Source of the DNA: a virus
IMG/VR virus record: IMGVR_UViG_3300028830_000309
Direction: 5' to 3' (one strand)
Length of the DNA: 64,000 bases
A model generated the notes under the pieces. That model saw only the letters and a program-made list of their open reading frames with translations. It did no database searches and was not told the DNA's origin. Made by a program: the position numbers and the translations under genes. Shown piece by piece: positions 47,236 to 56,230 of the stretch (the first letter of the stretch is position 1; every line of letters begins with the position of its first letter).

Positions 47236-47975
47236 CGATCTACATCGGGAGCGGACACGGCCAGGACAACGCCTCCGCGGGAGTCTTCGACTCGGGCGCA
47301 GTCGGGAACGGCATCACCGAGGCCGCATTCGTCCGGGAGCTGACGCCGAAGGTGATCGCCATTCTCACGGCGGCAGGCCAGAAGGTCGTCGAGATCCCGG
47401 GGACAGGGAACCTCGGGACGCGCATCGACTGGCTCATCGCCCGGGCGAAGCCCGAGGACTGGGCGTTCCACGTTCACATGAACTCCAACAGCCCCTCCTC
47501 AACGGGTACGGAGGTGGTCTACGACGACCAGCGCCCAGACCTCGCCGACGAAGCGACCGCTCTCGCCACCGGGATCGCGACCGCGGCGGGTCTGAAGAAC
47601 CGCGGTATCCGGAAGGACACCCAGACGCCGAGGAAGTACCTCGGGTTCGTGAGCCGCCCCGCGTGCAAGGCGTTCATCCTTGAGAACGGGTTCATCGGCA
47701 ACCCGTCTGACGTCGCAATCCTCAAGGCGAAGGGGCCAGCCGCCATCGCGTCAGCCATCCTGTCCGCGATCGGCGCCCACCCGAACCCTGCGCCGCCGCC
47801 GTGGCAGCCGTCCGCTGAGCAGGTCGCAGCCTTCGCCCTGATGACGAGCCTCGGCGTCTACCTCGCCGCCACGCCGGACGATCCGGGCACGCCGAAGAAC
47901 CAACCCCGTTACGAGCAGGCTGTCCTGTTCTCGCGCCTCGTAGGTGCGCTGGACATTCGCTACGTCCGCTCTTGA
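47232..47975 (+). CDS. Endolysin, N-acetylmuramoyl-L-alanine amidase (Amidase_3)
   Basis: IGSGHG, GAVGNGITEA, HVHMNS, TGTEV, ILENGFI zinc-amidase motifs. Confidence 0.9.
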   Translation: MTIYIGSGHGQDNASAGVFDSGAVGNGITEAAFVRELTPKVIAILTAAGQKVVEIPGTGNLGTRIDWLIARAKPEDWAFHVHMNSNSPSSTGTEVVYDDQRPDLADEATALATGIATAAGLKNRGIRKDTQTPRKYLGFVSRPACKAFILENGFIGNPSDVAILKAKGPAAIASAILSAIGAHPNPAPPPWQPSAEQVAAFALMTSLGVYLAATPDDPGTPKNQPRYEQAVLFSRLVGALDIRYVRS

Positions 47976-48006
47976 GCCGGCGGTACCGCAGGGGTACGTT
48001 GTCGGC

Positions 48007-48366
48007 ATGGAGGAAGCAACGTCACCAGATCCAATCTTCACGCCGAAGCAGCTCGAGATCGTGAAGGACCTCGTCGAGACCCGGGCGCGCCAGTTGCTCA
48101 AGGAGGGCGGCAGCGAGGCGGCTCGTTTGCCGGCACCGGTGACCGTTCCTCAGGCCCAGGCCGCGCCGACGACCGAGCAGATCATCGCGGCCATCTCCGA
48201 GACGCAGTACAACGTGAAGGCGGTGGCCAACTTCGTCGCCATGCTCATCGAGCAGATGAACGGCGTCGTTCGCGGTCTCGGCCGAGCGGACTTGGAGCTG
48301 AAGATCGAACGGCGCCCGGACGGCGGCCTTCTGATCGGGAAGCAAGGACCACCGGCCTCTCCCTGA
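48007..48366 (+). CDS. Hypothetical protein in the lysis cassette
   Basis: 119 aa from ATG 48007; phage-like codon usage. Confidence 0.55.
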   Translation: MEEATSPDPIFTPKQLEIVKDLVETRARQLLKEGGSEAARLPAPVTVPQAQAAPTTEQIIAAISETQYNVKAVANFVAMLIEQMNGVVRGLGRADLELKIERRPDGGLLIGKQGPPASP

Positions 48367-48386
48367 TCGTCGCCTAGATTCGGGTC

Positions 48387-48608
48387 CTACCCCCGTCGAC
48401 TCCGGATGTCCCGCGCCTCCTCCAGCGTCTTCGGGCGTCCTTGGACGAGCCAGTCGAACTCGTACATCAGGATGCGGATGGCGTGACGAACGGTGCACGG
48501 GTGATGGTGGACCAGCGTGCGGAAGCCGTACGGCAGCCTCGTCATGCCACCGCAGCTGCAGGAGGCCGGGTGCAACTCGATCACGGGCTCGACGGTCTCC
48601 GGCTCCAC
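48387..48608 (-). CDS. Small antisense hypothetical protein, Cys/His-rich
   Basis: Fills the gap between + genes; phage-like codon usage; HPASCSC and HHHPC. Start is GTG 48608 or ATG 48545. Confidence 0.35.
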   Translation of the reverse strand: MEPETVEPVIELHPASCSCGGMTRLPYGFRTLVHHHPCTVRHAIRILMYEFDWLVQGRPKTLEEARDIRSRRG

Positions 48609-48680
48609 GCGTGGATTCTCGCGCGTTGACCACCAGGCTGCCACGCGCGACCCTCGGTACGACATCTACCCCTCCGCACG

Positions 48681-48992
48681 ATGGCCTCCGTCCTGCCCTA
48701 CCTCACGCACCCGCTCTTCCTCTCGACCGTCGCTGGTCTGGTCGCGCCGTTCGTCCACTGGTTCTTCCGGAGCCTGGGCGTCGACTTCACTCCCAAGCTG
48801 AACTTCCTCCTCAACGTGGCGCTCTCGGGCCTCGCCTTCCTCTCCCTCCTGCAGTTCGTCGGGAACCCCACGGATGCGGAGACCTTCTGGCTGGCGTTCG
48901 GCACGGCAGCAGCGGTCAGCAAGGCAACGTATACGCTGCTCGTGAAGGGCATGGAGGGGCCAGCAATCGCTGGCAGCGACGCGTCCCAGTAA
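48681..48992 (+). CDS. Holin (about three TM helices)
   Basis: 103 aa, strongly hydrophobic, downstream of the endolysin. Confidence 0.7.
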   Translation: MASVLPYLTHPLFLSTVAGLVAPFVHWFFRSLGVDFTPKLNFLLNVALSGLAFLSLLQFVGNPTDAETFWLAFGTAAAVSKATYTLLVKGMEGPAIAGSDASQ

Positions 48993-49040
48993 GCCGCCAG
49001 GCTGCGTACGCGCCACGGAGACGCGCGGCGCGCAGAAAGA

Positions 49041-49071
49041 GGCCCGGTCGTCCGAAGGTGGACGCCGGGCC
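49041..49071. terminator. Terminator hairpin at the late/early convergence
   Basis: GGCCCGG-T-CGTCC-GAAGGT-GGACG-CCGGGCC; on the - strand it is followed by TCTTTCT. Confidence 0.55.
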
Positions 49072-49124
49072 GTTGTGAAGCCCGAATGGGGCCTCGTCAG
49101 GTGGTCGGTTCGATGCCGAGCGGC

Positions 49125-49991
49125 CTACGCGGCCTTCCGCAGTGCTCCCTGCTGCGCCTCCTCCATGGCACCGATGACGGCCTTCACACGCTCTGTCGTC
49201 ATACCACCGCTATGAACAATCTCGTCCTTAGCCACCTGCGGGCGCTTCGGATCATTCTGCTCATTCACTCCGGCACCAAGAACGTACTCGAGGTTGTAGT
49301 ACGTCGCCCCTCGCTGGTAATCAGATCGCTTCTTGTGGCAGTTCGCGCAGCGCACCAGGCACTTGGCGATTTCAGCCTCAACGCGTGGCCAGCTCGTTCT
49401 ATACATGTGCGCGACCGCCTTCTCTTTCGTGGCGGGCCTTATGTGGTCGAATTGCAGCACGCGGATATCGCGCTCTCCGCAGTCGACGCATGGATGAAGC
49501 TGAAGGAATTGCAGCACGCGACGCCGCATGAGGTTCCTGCGAGTGGCGGATCGCTCGTTCATCTCAGCACGCAGGCGCTTCCACACTTCTCTCCTGCGCC
49601 ACGTCTTGCATAGTTCACATTCACGAATGTATATGAGCCTTCCCATGTGGCTGCACATGAACTGCTTCAGCCGTAGTTTCCTGATCTCGATGCCACGCCG
49701 TTTCAGAAGGTCCGTTATCGTCGCTCGGTCGCAGCCATACAGTGTCGCAAGTTCGTAACTACTCATCTTCCGAAGGTACAGATCCACGAGTTCATTTACG
49801 CCGTCTCGTCCAAGTCTGCGCTCGAATCGACGTAGGCGCTTGTCATCCGGTCTAGTTGCTGGCGGCACTGCGTAGTTGGCTAGAGAGTGAACATCATTAC
49901 ATCTACCAGAGCTGTCGCGTTGTATCAAGTCCAGTCTGCGCCAGCGTGTTGAATAGAAATATGGGGGCTGCCCGAGTCGGGCAGCCCCCAT
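49125..49991 (-). CDS. HNH endonuclease with N-terminal HTH (free-standing, homing-like); true start probably downstream of 49991
   Basis: HPCVDCGE...LQFDHI...KCLVRCANCHKKR and an HTH-like SSYELATLYGCDRATITDLLKRRG; visibly lower GC. Confidence 0.8.
   Translation of the reverse strand: MGAARLGQPPYFYSTRWRRLDLIQRDSSGRCNDVHSLANYAVPPATRPDDKRLRRFERRLGRDGVNELVDLYLRKMSSYELATLYGCDRATITDLLKRRGIEIRKLRLKQFMCSHMGRLIYIRECELCKTWRRREVWKRLRAEMNERSATRRNLMRRRVLQFLQLHPCVDCGERDIRVLQFDHIRPATKEKAVAHMYRTSWPRVEAEIAKCLVRCANCHKKRSDYQRGATYYNLEYVLGAGVNEQNDPKRPQVAKDEIVHSGGMTTERVKAVIGAMEEAQQGALRKAA
49950..49991 (-). terminator. Intrinsic terminator ending the early operon
   Basis: Perfect 15-bp inverted repeat ATGGGGGCTGCCCGA/TCGGGCAGCCCCCAT (49961-49991), followed on - by ATTTCTATTC. 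Confidence 0.7.
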
Positions 49992-49998
49992 GGAAGAC

Positions 49999-50352
49999 CT
50001 AGGCGAGGATGCCCTCGCCGAACTGTCGTGCCAGCGCGTGGACCCAGCGACGGGCGTACCCCTCGGGGTCCGTGGATGCCTTCACCAGGTAGTCCTTGGG
50101 GTGGTCGGACCCGAAGACCATGTGGAGCGCGGCGTGCCAGCGCGCGTCGATGGTGATCACGTTCTCGGGCGTCGATGGACCGTTGAGGAACCGCGGGATG
50201 ACGTGGTGCCGGTTCGTGCGCTGATTCTTGAAGCGGCGCGCGCCGCTGTGCCGCGGAATGCCGTCTCGGATCGGACGGTAGGCGTCCCGCATCGCCCGAT
50301 TCCGACGACGAACCTCTCTGCGACGCTTTCGATACAGTGCTTTTCTCTTCAT
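49999..50352 (-). CDS. Small HNH-like protein with basic N-terminus
   Basis: RHHVIPRFLNGPSTPENVITIDARWHAALH; SD GAAGGAGG. Confidence 0.7.
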   Translation of the reverse strand: MKRKALYRKRRREVRRRNRAMRDAYRPIRDGIPRHSGARRFKNQRTNRHHVIPRFLNGPSTPENVITIDARWHAALHMVFGSDHPKDYLVKASTDPEGYARRWVHALARQFGEGILA

Positions 50353-50432
50353 GGTGCCCCTCCTTCTGCGACGTTCCCCACGCGCAGCACCAGGCGCGAT
50401 GCCCTGGTGTCCGCGTGGTGGTGAATCCGTGG

Positions 50433-50720
50433 TCAGACCGCTACGAGGCGAGCGCGCGTGCGCTCCTCGTGCAGTTCCTTGATGCGTGGCAGGTAGTAGG
50501 CGAGGCAGCGGACGCGCCGCTCCCCATCCGCGAGGATCATGCGAATGGCGACCTCGGTGATCGCCCGCAGGACGATCTCGACCGGGAAGCCCAGGTCGTA
50601 CCAGCGCTCCGCGACCTCGATGTCCATCAGGGTGACCGTGTGAGGCGTGAATGGCGCCTCGCGGTAGCAGTCGAGCACCCGACGGAGGTACCGAACCGCG
50701 TCAGGTCCGAAGTCGCACAT
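50433..50720 (-). CDS. Hypothetical helical protein (DnaD-like C-terminal domain possible)
   Basis: Strong SD GAAAGGAGG; AERWYDLGFPVEIVLRAI...LAYYLPRI. Confidence 0.5.
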   Translation of the reverse strand: MCDFGPDAVRYLRRVLDCYREAPFTPHTVTLMDIEVAERWYDLGFPVEIVLRAITEVAIRMILADGERRVRCLAYYLPRIKELHEERTRARLVAV

Positions 50721-50783
50721 CCGGGGTTCCTCCTTTCAAGGGGCGACGATTGCCCTCAAGGAACACCAAGAAGCGAGCGCCGT

Positions 50784-51176
50784 CTAATCCGCGGGCACGT
50801 CCTCGTCGAGCGGCGCCGCTGCCGCCTCCGGCTTCTCCACCTTCAGCTTCGTCGTGAAGGTGATGGCGACCGGGCGGTCGTGGTCGAGCAGCGCGAACTC
50901 CTCGCCGCGCGTGTACGCGTTCAGGGCGACCTCGTCGAGCAGCTCCTTCGCTTCCTTCACCGCGGCCTTCGCCTCGTCGAGCTTCCTCAGGAGCGGCTCG
51001 TTCTCTGCCTTCCACTGATCGAGCTCGGACTTGCGCGCGTCGCGAGCCGTCTCGTACTCCTCCTGCGCGGCGGCGAGCGGCTTGCACGACTCCTGGGAGT
51101 CCTTGATGGTGTCGCGGATGGTGGCCTGGATGTCCTTGGCTTTCTGGAGTCCGTCGTACGCGTCTTGGGGCGTCAT
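50784..51176 (-). CDS. Coiled-coil hypothetical protein
   Basis: ATG 51176 after a CCCCCACCACACG leader; 130 aa, charged. Confidence 0.6.
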   Translation of the reverse strand: MTPQDAYDGLQKAKDIQATIRDTIKDSQESCKPLAAAQEEYETARDARKSELDQWKAENEPLLRKLDEAKAAVKEAKELLDEVALNAYTRGEEFALLDHDRPVAITFTTKLKVEKPEAAAAPLDEDVPAD

Positions 51177-51457
51177 CGTGTGGTGGGGGAACGGGCGGGG
51201 AGTCGGTGGCTGCGGCCGATGAGGCGCCAGTGGTTGAGGACCTTCTTCGGGGGCCGGATGCCGGCAGCCTTCGCCGTCCGCTGGATGGTCTGGCACCCCG
51301 CCTCGACGTAGTACCGGCGGAGTTGCTTCCCGATCCGCAGCTCCCGCTCCAGGTCCTCGATCTTCCCGGTGGGGTTCTGGAGCATGAACCGTGCGGAGGA
51401 GTCGCTCGCCGTGCTCGGGATCAGGCTGAGGAGGCGCTCGCTGTCGCGTGGGGGCAC
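51173..51457 (-). CDS. Hypothetical protein
   Basis: GTG after a CCATCCCACCCCGCCC leader; ATGA-coupled to the next gene. Confidence 0.45.
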   Translation of the reverse strand: MPPRDSERLLSLIPSTASDSSARFMLQNPTGKIEDLERELRIGKQLRRYYVEAGCQTIQRTAKAAGIRPPKKVLNHWRLIGRSHRLPARSPTTR

Positions 51458-51509
51458 GGGCGGGGTGGGATGGACTGCTCATATTCTGCGACGGCCACGG
51501 GGGAGAGAT

Positions 51510-52196
51510 TCAAGCGCGTGAGCCGTTCAGCACTGGACGCGCACGCTGTTCCATGACCTTGCGAGGGATGGAGGAGTAGCTCATCGGCGCGGCCGCGCGG
51601 GGATTCGAACGCACCGGCTTCTCGGGCTTCGATCGCGCAGCTTTCCGCGGGTGCTTCGCGAGCCACCGCTTCTTTCCCTCACGAATCGCTCGACGTCCGG
51701 CCTTGCGCCTCGCCTTCCGGGCGGGAGCGCCAACCTCACGATCGGCCTTCGCCGCCACGAGGTACTCGGGCGGCTCCATGCCTTCGTACGCCTTGGCTTC
51801 GGCGCGCCCGATGTCGGCCATGCTCATGCCGCCTTCGAGCTGGCGGAGACGGTGTCCGAGCACGACCCGCACACCAGGATCCTTCTCCTTCGCGAGCAGG
51901 CGCTTCACGAACAGGATCTGCGCGTCGCGCCCGGTGTTGTCCTTTGCGAAATGCTCGTCCTCGAGGAGCGGCTGGAGCTGGTGGAATGCCTCGTCGCGCT
52001 TCCGGAACAGGTGATCTGCGGTCAGGAGGTTTCCGAAGACCGGCGGGCCGATCCCATCCTCTGCGAGCTTCCGCGCAGCCTTCACCTCCGCCTCGAAGAC
52101 GAAGTAGTCGCCGCTCGAGTTGTCGAATGCACGACCTGAGAAGGCGGATCTGAACCGGTGGAACGTGAGGAAGATGCGACGTTGAGCGGAGTTCAC
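51510..52196 (-). CDS. Hypothetical protein with basic C-terminus
   Basis: 228 aa, GTGA-type coupling with the upstream gene. Confidence 0.55.
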   Translation of the reverse strand: MNSAQRRIFLTFHRFRSAFSGRAFDNSSGDYFVFEAEVKAARKLAEDGIGPPVFGNLLTADHLFRKRDEAFHQLQPLLEDEHFAKDNTGRDAQILFVKRLLAKEKDPGVRVVLGHRLRQLEGGMSMADIGRAEAKAYEGMEPPEYLVAAKADREVGAPARKARRKAGRRAIREGKKRWLAKHPRKAARSKPEKPVRSNPRAAAPMSYSSIPRKVMEQRARPVLNGSRA

Positions 52197-52630
52197 TTGG
52201 GCAGGGTTAGGAGCTTCTTCATCGCCTGGGCGGTCATGTCTCCGGCGATCCAGGCCAATCGCTCTTCTGACTTCGGGTAGCCCTTGCCGACCCGTCCGTC
52301 ACCCCTGCCGAATAGGTAGCCGAGCGCGGCGTGGATCATTTCGTGCGGTATCACCGACAGGTTACTTCTCACCACAGAGCGCGCGAGGTGTATGCGACCC
52401 CAGCAGCCGTCTTCCCTTCGGGAGCGCCGCCACTGGGTCAGCGCGATGTAGCCACTTGCAACGCGAGAGCGGCGTCGCTCTGGGATGCCTTCAAGTGTGG
52501 CAGCGCGAACCGTGCCGACCGCCTTCCGCATTGCCGAGGGCGTCTCGTACACGAACACCTCGAAGTGATCCCGCACCTTGCGCGGCCGCGTGCGCCACTC
52601 GTTGATCGTGACGATGAACGTCGGCTTCAC
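52193..52630 (-). CDS. HEXXH-motif protein (SprT/ImmA-like metallopeptidase possible)
   Basis: GRIHL...VIPHEMIHAAL...EERLAW. Confidence 0.55.
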   Translation of the reverse strand: MKPTFIVTINEWRTRPRKVRDHFEVFVYETPSAMRKAVGTVRAATLEGIPERRRSRVASGYIALTQWRRSRREDGCWGRIHLARSVVRSNLSVIPHEMIHAALGYLFGRGDGRVGKGYPKSEERLAWIAGDMTAQAMKKLLTLPK

Positions 52631-53037
52631 GCGTCGGTGGGTTCAGGAGCGGTAACGCGGCGACGCCAGCGCGCGCACGATCGGAGGACTCCGGCTGCAG
52701 CGTAGGGGTCGAACAGGACTTCCGGAGGTAGGGAGAGGAACGCTCCGGCATCCTCCAACTCGCGGTTCTGGTCGACCGATGGACCGATGGCAACGACAGG
52801 GACGTGCGGCTGCTGTTCGAGGAGGTCATGCACGACCTGCGCTCCTGCGAAGGCAGAGGGCGCCCCATCGTCAGCGAGAAGGTCGTACCCGACCAGCGCC
52901 GCGTCGAAGAGGTAGCCGACCTGCGCCAGCGCCTCGCTCAACTTCCGCGACCACATGGGGATGCAGCCGGCTTGCTGCAGCGCGAGCGCAATTCGGAAGC
53001 CACGCTCGCCGTCGCCCTCGGCCAGGAGGACGGTCAT
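52627..53037 (-). CDS. Stand-alone pseudo-receiver (REC-like) domain protein
   Basis: MTVLLAEGD, FDAALVGYDL, GAQVVHDL, PHVPVVAIG, ELEDAGA reproduce the receiver fold pattern. Confidence 0.6.
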   Translation of the reverse strand: MTVLLAEGDGERGFRIALALQQAGCIPMWSRKLSEALAQVGYLFDAALVGYDLLADDGAPSAFAGAQVVHDLLEQQPHVPVVAIGPSVDQNRELEDAGAFLSLPPEVLFDPYAAAGVLRSCARWRRRVTAPEPTDA

Positions 53038-53204
53038 TTGCCCCGAGGCTTGTCCCACGCGATGAGGAGGGTGATCAGAACGACGAACCAGATCCAGAAA
53101 CTGACATCCCCGGCGGCGTCCTCTTTCCCTGCCGCCTTGAGAATCGCCCAGCAGATGAGTAGGAGGTAGAGCAGCCCGTCTTCGATCTGAATCTTGGTCG
53201 TCAC
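53034..53204 (-). CDS. Small two-TM peptide (56 aa; not in ORF track)
   Basis: VTTKIQIEDGLLYLLLICWAILKAAG...FWIWFVVLITLLIAWDKPRGK; overlaps both neighbours by 4 nt. Confidence 0.6.
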   Translation of the reverse strand: MTTKIQIEDGLLYLLLICWAILKAAGKEDAAGDVSFWIWFVVLITLLIAWDKPRGK

Positions 53205-53728
53205 GGTCGGTAGCCGCGCATGATCGCGGTCTGTTCAATGGCGATGGCGTCGGTGACGTTCTCCAGCAGCTTGTTGAATTGCTTCGTCGCTTTCGTCATG
53301 GCCTTCAGTGCCTTCACCGTCTCCTTGGTGACGTGGGGAATGACCGTTCGGCGCACGTCCTCCTTCGGCGCCCAGCCGTTCCCGGTGACGGCCTTCTTGA
53401 TGGTCGAGTTCGCGTAGCTCAGCGGCGTCACGTCGTGCGCCTTGCACCAGGACTCGATCTGGTCGGTGGAGACGTTGAGGAGCGCCGCGGCGTTCCCGCC
53501 GATGCGTGTGTCGATGAACATCCGCTCGTGCGCGAGGACGGTGATCGGCTCCCCGGTGCTCCCTACCGCAAGCGCCTGACGGAGATCCAGGAACTCCATC
53601 AGCAGTGTGAGGTACTCCAGCGGGCTCTCCCACGTCGGGGTCCAGAGCCCGTCAGCGACGTGCTGGCCGTCCCGAGACAGCGACCACCCGAGGTGGCCCG
53701 TTCCCGGATCGACGGCCAGGCACGTCAC
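53201..53728 (-). CDS. ruvC: RuvC-like Holliday junction resolvase
   Basis: LAVDPGTGHLGW, AHERMF, IKKAVTGNGWAPKEDV, DAIAI. Confidence 0.85.
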   Translation of the reverse strand: MTCLAVDPGTGHLGWSLSRDGQHVADGLWTPTWESPLEYLTLLMEFLDLRQALAVGSTGEPITVLAHERMFIDTRIGGNAAALLNVSTDQIESWCKAHDVTPLSYANSTIKKAVTGNGWAPKEDVRRTVIPHVTKETVKALKAMTKATKQFNKLLENVTDAIAIEQTAIMRGYRP

Positions 53729-53733
53729 GGCGG

Positions 53734-55341
53734 TCAGGCGGTGCGCGGGTGCCCGTCGTCCTTCTTGTCCTCGGGGTGGTCGAAGACCGCGGCCTCCATC
53801 GTGAGGAAGGTTGCCGCGACTGAAGCGGCGTTCTCCAGAGCGGAGCGCGTGACCTTCACCGGATCGATGATGCCGGCCTCCACCATGTCGACGTACTTGC
53901 CGGTCGCGGCGTTATACCCGGTGCCGACGGGACTCTTGAAGCACTTCTCTTCCACGACGTCTGGGCTGGCTCCGGCGTTCTCGGCGATCTGACGGAGCGG
54001 CGCCTTCAACGCTGCTTGGACGATCCTGATGCCCGTCTGAACATCCGGGTCCTCGTCCTCGATGTTGAGACCCACCCAGCATGCGAGGAGCGCCATCCCG
54101 CCGCCCGGCACGATCCCCTCCTCCATCGCCGCGCGGGTCGCGTTGATCGCGTCCTCGATGCGCAGCTTCTTCTCGCGGAGTTCGGTCTCGCTGGCCGCGC
54201 CGACCTTGAGGACGGCGACGCCACCCGTGAGCTTCGCGATGCGGCCCGCCAGGGTCTCCTTCTCGTAGTCTTCCTTCGCCTCGTCCTTCTGCTTCGTCAG
54301 CTCGGCCACGCGCTCGGCGATGGCGTCCTTCTGCTCGGGCGCGCCGACGACCGTCGTGTGGTCCTTCGTGGAGATGACGCGCGCCGCCTTGCCCAGCCAC
54401 TCCATTTCGAACTTCTCCAGGTCGTGACCGGTCTCGCGGGAGACGACCGTGGCTCCGGTGAGCACGGCGATGTCCTGCAGGTTGGCCTTGCGGCGGTCGC
54501 CGTAGCCCGGAGCCTTGATGGCGAGCGAGCGGAACGAGCCTTTGAGCTTGTTCACGATCAGGGTCGGCAGGGCGTCACCCTCGATGTCTTCGGCGATGAT
54601 CACGAGGTCGAGGACCTGCTTCCCCGCAAGGGCGTTCAGCACGGGCAGCAGGTGCGCGACGTTCGAGATTCGGCCGTCGTAGATCAGGACGTCGACGTTC
54701 TGGTAGACCGCCTCCTGGCGCTCGCCGTCGGTGATGAAGTGCGGTGCCAGGTACCCCTGGTCGAACTGCATCCCCTCCTTGATTTCCTGGGTGATGCCGA
54801 CCTTCGAAGAGGCCTCGACGGTGATCGGGCCGTCCTTGATGACGTCGATGGCCTCCGCGATCAGCTTGCCGACTTCGGCGTCCTGCGAGGAGATGGTCGC
54901 CACCTGCTCGATCGTGGCCTTGTTCCCCGCGACCTTGATCGCCATCTCCTTGAGGCGGTCGGTCACGATCTGGACGGCCTTCTGGATGCCCGTGCGGATG
55001 CCGATGGGGTTCGCCCCGGCCGCCAGGTTCTTCAGGCCCTCCTTCACGAGGGCGTCCGTGAGGAGCGTGGCGGTCGTCGTTCCGTCACCGGCGGCCGTGT
55101 TCGTCTTGGACGCGACCTCCTTCACGAGTTCCGCGCCCATGCTCTCGAGCGGGTCGGAGAGGACGATCTCGCGGGCGATGGTCACGCCGTCGTTCACGAT
55201 GCTGGGTGCGCCGTACGGCTTCTGCAGGGCGACGTTGCGACCTTTCGGGCCGAGCGTGATCTTCACGGCCGCCGCGAGCTTCGAGACGCCGTCAGCCATC
55301 TTCTGGCGGGCGACGTCTCCGGAGGTGATGTCCTTGGACAT
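53734..55341 (-). CDS. groEL: Chaperonin GroEL (535 aa)
   Basis: Start ATG 55341 (MSKDIT). TLGPKGRN, GDGTTTAT, KAPGYGDRRK, GGVAVLKVGA, EDAINATRAAMEEGIVPGGG. No GGM tail. Confidence 0.95.
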   Translation of the reverse strand: MSKDITSGDVARQKMADGVSKLAAAVKITLGPKGRNVALQKPYGAPSIVNDGVTIAREIVLSDPLESMGAELVKEVASKTNTAAGDGTTTATLLTDALVKEGLKNLAAGANPIGIRTGIQKAVQIVTDRLKEMAIKVAGNKATIEQVATISSQDAEVGKLIAEAIDVIKDGPITVEASSKVGITQEIKEGMQFDQGYLAPHFITDGERQEAVYQNVDVLIYDGRISNVAHLLPVLNALAGKQVLDLVIIAEDIEGDALPTLIVNKLKGSFRSLAIKAPGYGDRRKANLQDIAVLTGATVVSRETGHDLEKFEMEWLGKAARVISTKDHTTVVGAPEQKDAIAERVAELTKQKDEAKEDYEKETLAGRIAKLTGGVAVLKVGAASETELREKKLRIEDAINATRAAMEEGIVPGGGMALLACWVGLNIEDEDPDVQTGIRIVQAALKAPLRQIAENAGASPDVVEEKCFKSPVGTGYNAATGKYVDMVEAGIIDPVKVTRSALENAASVAATFLTMEAAVFDHPEDKKDDGHPRTA

Positions 55342-55358
55342 GGTGGTGAGGTAGGTAG

Positions 55359-55817
55359 TTACTTCGTGGGTTCGGTGGCGTTCTGCGGTCTGCCGTGCGA
55401 GCACTTCGTGACGCTGACGCCGCTCATCGGCGGGAAGAGCGCGGCAAAGACTTCTCCGGCCGGAACGCGATGCGGCCACTCGACGAGTTCACGTACGGCC
55501 TGGGCGGCTTGCTCTTCCAAGCTCGATGTCTTCCCACCCTCCAGTTCCTTCAGGATGCTGCCGAGGAGGGACATCGCGACTCGGATGTCCGTCGCGTCGG
55601 CCCGGTTGAAGTCCAGTTCCACGCCCGAGATCACGGCGCCGGCCTTCACGAGCCCGAGTTCCACCGGCTGGTCGATGCGCACCTTCCCCTCGTGGATCGT
55701 GATGGTGCGATGGAGCGACGCGTCCTTCCCACTCTTCCGGCGCAGCGTGAGTTCGTAGCGCTTCCCCTGGATGGGCGTCAGCTGGACGGACGTGGAGTGC
55801 GACATGGGGGTGAGCAT
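55359..55817 (-). CDS. Hypothetical protein between groES and groEL
   Basis: 152 aa; overlaps the upstream small ORF by 1 nt (TAATG). Confidence 0.6.
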   Translation of the reverse strand: MLTPMSHSTSVQLTPIQGKRYELTLRRKSGKDASLHRTITIHEGKVRIDQPVELGLVKAGAVISGVELDFNRADATDIRVAMSLLGSILKELEGGKTSSLEEQAAQAVRELVEWPHRVPAGEVFAALFPPMSGVSVTKCSHGRPQNATEPTK

Positions 55818-55912
55818 TAGATGAGCGGGAGCGCGACGGCCGAGAGATAGATGCCGATGGCGACGCCGAGCAGGATCAGGACGCCGCGCTGCAGCCAGTC
55901 GGTGGCGTTCAC
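55817..55912 (-). CDS. 31-aa single-TM peptide (not in ORF track)
   Basis: VNATDWLQRGVLILLGVAIGIYLSAVALPLI; coupled to the groES stop and the next start. Confidence 0.55.
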   Translation of the reverse strand: MNATDWLQRGVLILLGVAIGIYLSAVALPLI

Positions 55913-56205
55913 GCCGTCGTGATGACGGCCTTCACGTCGGCCTCGGAGATGACCATCAGGGTCTCCCCGTCGACCTCGATCTCGTCCGCGGCGAACTTCG
56001 CGAAGAGCACGCGGTCGCCGACCTGCACGACCATCGGGACCACGGCACCGTCCTCGAACTTCCCGGGTCCGGTGGCGATCACGTCGCCGCGGTCGGTCTT
56101 CCCGCGCTCGACGGTATCGGGCAACTCGATGCCGGCTGCGGTCTTCGTCTCGCGTACGGGGCGGACGACGACGCTGTCTCGGAGGGGGTGCAGGGTGGTG
56201 GACAT
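55909..56205 (-). CDS. groES: Co-chaperonin GroES (98 aa)
   Basis: LHPLRDSVVV, KTAAGIELPD, GDVIATGPG, VQVGDRVLFAKF, VISEADV. Confidence 0.95.
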   Translation of the reverse strand: MSTTLHPLRDSVVVRPVRETKTAAGIELPDTVERGKTDRGDVIATGPGKFEDGAVVPMVVQVGDRVLFAKFAADEIEVDGETLMVISEADVKAVITTA

Positions 56206-56230
56206 GGCGAATGTGGAATGGATCGGAGTC

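Noticed and set aside
51483-51513. CTTGAAT...CAGAAT as a fifth promoter of the family
   Set aside because: The spacer is 19 nt, the -10 lacks the first T, and TTGA is simply the upstream stop codon.
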